Positions 60,476-64,000 of a DNA stretch of 64,000 bases are shown piece after piece (the first letter of the stretch is position 1; the number at the start of each line of letters is the position of its first letter). This stretch comes from Massalongia carnosa. Lineage: Eukaryota. Both the position numbers and the translations under genes were made by a program. The stretch spans positions 1,054,001 through 1,118,000 of the forward strand of contig OZ287079.1 in assembly GCA_965645245.1 (NCBI GenBank). Direction: 5' to 3'. The notes beneath the pieces were generated by a model. It ran no database searches and was not told the DNA's origin. It was given only the letters and a program-made list of their open reading frames with translations.

Positions 60476-63194
60476 ATGAACCATTATCTTCCTGATCCAC
60501 CAACCAAGATCAAAGTACTCAGTGGTCGTATTGCTCAGGAGCAGGAATCTGACGTATCATCTAAGAAAGTCAATTCGAAAAAACCCCGCCGGCCACGTGA
60601 AAATCCCGGGGCCGACACAAATCTACTGCTATCCATCATGACTTCAACTTCCGAGGATGTCGAGCCCTTGTACATTGATACGCCGAGAGCCCTCGAGGAA
60701 GTCTTCAGAGAGATGCATTCGTGTTTTGAAGGGAAAGAATCGGAGCAGAATTGGAGCCGGCGGGAGAAAAATATTGTCAAGCTTAGAAGGGTAACAAAAG
60801 GCAATTCTCCCCAAGATTTCACGGTGGCGTATTTGGCAGGTATCAAGGCGCTTCTGGACGGAATCCTGAAGACAGTCAACTCGTTACGGACCACAGTGTG
60901 CAGCCATGGATGTAATCTTGTGCAAGATATCGCCAAAGCTGCTGGACCCGGACTTGACAACATGGTTGAAATTCTTCTCCAAAGCTTAGTTAAACTCTGT
61001 GCGAGCACCAAAAAAATCGCTGCATCTAATGGCGATGTGAGCGTGAGCGCAGTAATTACCAACGTCACATATAATGTCCGCATCGCGCAGCATATCTGGG
61101 CTGCTTGTCAGGATAAGAACGTTCAACCAAGAAGCTTTGCTACGGGATGGCTAAAGTCGATTATCACAAAGCATCGTCATCATAAGAACATTCTCGAACA
61201 TGGAGGAAGTCTGGAGTTGATCGAGAAGTGTATCAAGGCTGGACTGACGGATAGAGATCCAAAGGTTCGCGAGAGCATGCGACCAACCTACTGGGCATTT
61301 GCGCGACTATGGGCCGAGAAAGCGGAAGCGTAAGCTATTCGGTTTTGCGCGATGGAATATACACTAACAGTTTGGTAGTATATCATCAACCCTGGAGGAA
61401 AAGCAACGGAAATTCTTGATCGATGACCCTTCGAACCCAAGACCGCAGAAAGAACTGACGCCTGATATATCTGCTACAGGAGCAAAAGTACTGCCCTTTT
61501 CTCGTAGCACCAACTCCATCCCTACAAGACCTTCGATCAAAGAGACTATCGCAGCGCAAAAGCGGGCAAAAATGGCCGGGAAAGCCTTGCCGGATCGGCC
61601 AGGATCCGCTGAACCCTCTGCCACGCCAATGAAGCCTACGTTGTCGCATGCCGCAAGGCCAGCTACTGCTATGTCTACTATTGGCAATTTATCTTCGGCT
61701 CCTGTACGTCCAATGCGGCCGGCTCGAAGACCAGAAATGAAGAGGCCGGGGACTGCGGATCCACACTCCAGTAGGAGGCCTGTAAGGCTCAGTCCAACAA
61801 AGACAGCCGAAGATGTTCGCAACTCGCCATCATCTGGGAAAATGAGTAGTCAGAGCTCGTCAGTGAAGCCGCACGATATCCCTCCGATCATGAAAGCCGT
61901 CATTCCTAAGCAGAACGGAATCCAACCGAAGGCGGCGCATAAGAATGACGGTCCACGACTCGTTAAAGATGCTTCTCAGGAAGATGCGTGTAATGCTGAC
62001 GTTCCACAAGGGCATTCTCCACCAGGAAGACCCCAACGAATATCCATGACTCCTCGCCCGATTAGTAGCAAAAAGGAGACCCTAAACCCTAGGCTTAAAG
62101 TCTATGAAGACCCTTCTGGAGGAGCGGAAACTATAACTACCTCTCCAAGCATCATGAGACCCACTGTTCTTGAAGAATTACCCGTCAATGAACCGCCTAT
62201 CTACCAACCCCGCCTTGCATCGAATTACCCTCTTCTAGCAGAGGAGGCCGATTCGCCCCTATACCACCGAAAATGGATTAACGTCGAAAACGCAGCGAGA
62301 CATGTCAGCGACTCAGACAAGACGGAAAATCCTTATCTTATGCGACGTATTCTCGACAGCGCCATCGCCGGAGTACGTGCAGGAACGCTCGACGTGCATA
62401 AGTTTCGAAAGCTGCAAGCCCTAATTCGCAGCGAGGAAGATATCTGGGAGGAGGGCGTGAAATTCGACGAACTCCTCCAACCTCTCCTCGAAAACCTTGA
62501 ATCCCCTACCATCGGTAACGACTTAAGACCCAGCAGTACAAGCGCCAGAGTTTACGAGCAGATTCAAACCCAAGTCCTCATGACCATCCGTCTCCTGCAA
62601 CAGCATCAACCGCAATATTTCTCGGCGTACTACTCCCGTGCCCTCTGCGCCGTCATCCTTGCACGCAAACATCATCACTCCACCTCTCACATTGTTTGCG
62701 GTCTGGAAGAAACTTCGGAAACCATCGTCGCCCAATGTGATCCCGCCCCCTGCATTGACGCGGTACTCGACATTCTGGAGACCGAAACCGAGACCGAAAT
62801 CAGCACCGCAGCTTCCACCGATGGGACTCTCTTCATGGGTCTTTATGTCCTCGCCGGCCTTCTCCATCGCGTTTGCTCTCTCGCACCCCAACCATCATCG
62901 ACAACGACCTTGACAGCGTCAATATCCGCATCGTCTCCGAAACCCTGCCGTCACCATCTCCCCACCGCTCTAAATCAACAGCAACAATTCCGCCTCGGCC
63001 ACCTAGCCACGCGTTACCTTCGCAACACGAACCCAGACATTCGTCGGGCCGTCATCGAGTTCGCGCTCGAGCTGCACGATTCCGTGGCTGAGGCCGGACT
63101 GGACGGGTTTTGGAAATTAGTCGGTGGCGCGAGCGAGGATCAGAGGAGTTTGATCACTTATTACCTTGCTCGGCGGGAGCGGGGGAGGGTTTAG
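60476..63194 (+). CDS. STU1: CLASP-family microtubule-associated protein
   Basis: CLASP_N domain FEGKESEQNW...SLRTTV...AACQDKNVQPR...DPKVRESMRPTYW; intron ~61330-61377; C-terminus DIRRAVIEFALELH...SLITYYLAR. Confidence 0.88.
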
Positions 63195-64000
63195 TTTGTC
63201 TGAGGGATCATTAGGTTGGTTGGATACCTAGGCCAGGAGTGCTAGATGTGGTGAGAAGGAGGGAGAAGTGGGCTGAGCACGAGTGATTGTGTGCTGAAAC
63301 GATAAAAGTCGGCGTGCGGAGCGTTTCTTGCTATTGTTGTTCTTTATCCCCATAGGTCTATCTATGTTTTTCACCCAGGCTATGCGTGCATGTTTCTCTA
63401 TCTGTACTTTTACCTTCCCTCCTAGTTCGTAGCTAAGGAGAAATCAATCCCTGAGGCCAAACAATGGTGTGATTTACGCAAAAAACGCCTGTGCCTGTTC
63501 GATTGCCTTGCTTTGCCTGTCTGTCTTTATTTTGATTCTCAAACTGGTAGGGAACGAAAAGCATTGGGAACGAGGACGGGAGAAACAAGCAAGCAAGCTG
63601 GCTGGCTGGCTAGGACACTTTTCACACCGAGTCTTCCTTCCCTTTTTCTCCTCTTCTCTTGCCCCCCCCCCCCTTTCAGTAGTTGTCACACCTCCTCTCT
63701 CTCTCCTCTATTCTGATTTCCCCAGTCCCCCATTTCCCTCTTCAACCCGTATATCCAAATCCCGAAACTCGGATTCCGGGAAATCTCCCGGCTGCCCCCC
63801 GTCCTGTTTATATATGTTTTTGGGGGTTTTCCTCCTATGTTCTTGGGTTTTGTATGATATCTATGAAAAAGAAAATATCTCCTGCAACTCTTGTTTAGTT
63901 TATTTCGTCTTGCTCCTCTCCCCCTTTCCCTTCTTTCCTATCGTGCGTGTTCGGCCTAACTTGCTTGCTTGACTTGCTACACAAACTTTCCAGTGTATCG

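Overview
Gene-dense, intron-rich genomic DNA from a filamentous ascomycete (Pezizomycotina; a lichen-forming lineage is plausible but unproven). About 25 protein-coding genes can be modelled, mostly housekeeping: ERG5 (partial), GCP6, EAF7, CAT2, a DUF4210 protein, a P450, a bicupin oxalate-degrading enzyme, PMS1, AreB-type GATA factor, TMS1, an MFS transporter, RRG7, LSM4, a PPR protein, NAM9, La, SRV2, a PfkB kinase, MRPL3, PTEN, a BSP peptidase and STU1. There is also one intron-containing tRNA-Ile(AAT). Mobile DNA: a pogo/Tigger-like element (25-bp TIRs, TA TSD) nested inside a ~250-bp MITE between GCP6 and ERG5; a 5'-truncated but unbroken Tad-like LINE with a 15-bp TSD, next to a (CTTGATATA)15 array and the tRNA; and two further inverted-repeat elements. 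Most notable observations: a three-exon 103-aa gene that the ORF track misses (probable complex I accessory subunit); a bicupin whose lid loop, on a 19-nt micro-exon, looks oxidase-like; a STU1/CLASP that appears to lack its first TOG domain; and recurrent C-rich to G-rich skew switches. I cannot support a clearly new multi-gene system. All family calls come from motif recognition by eye; no database searches were run.
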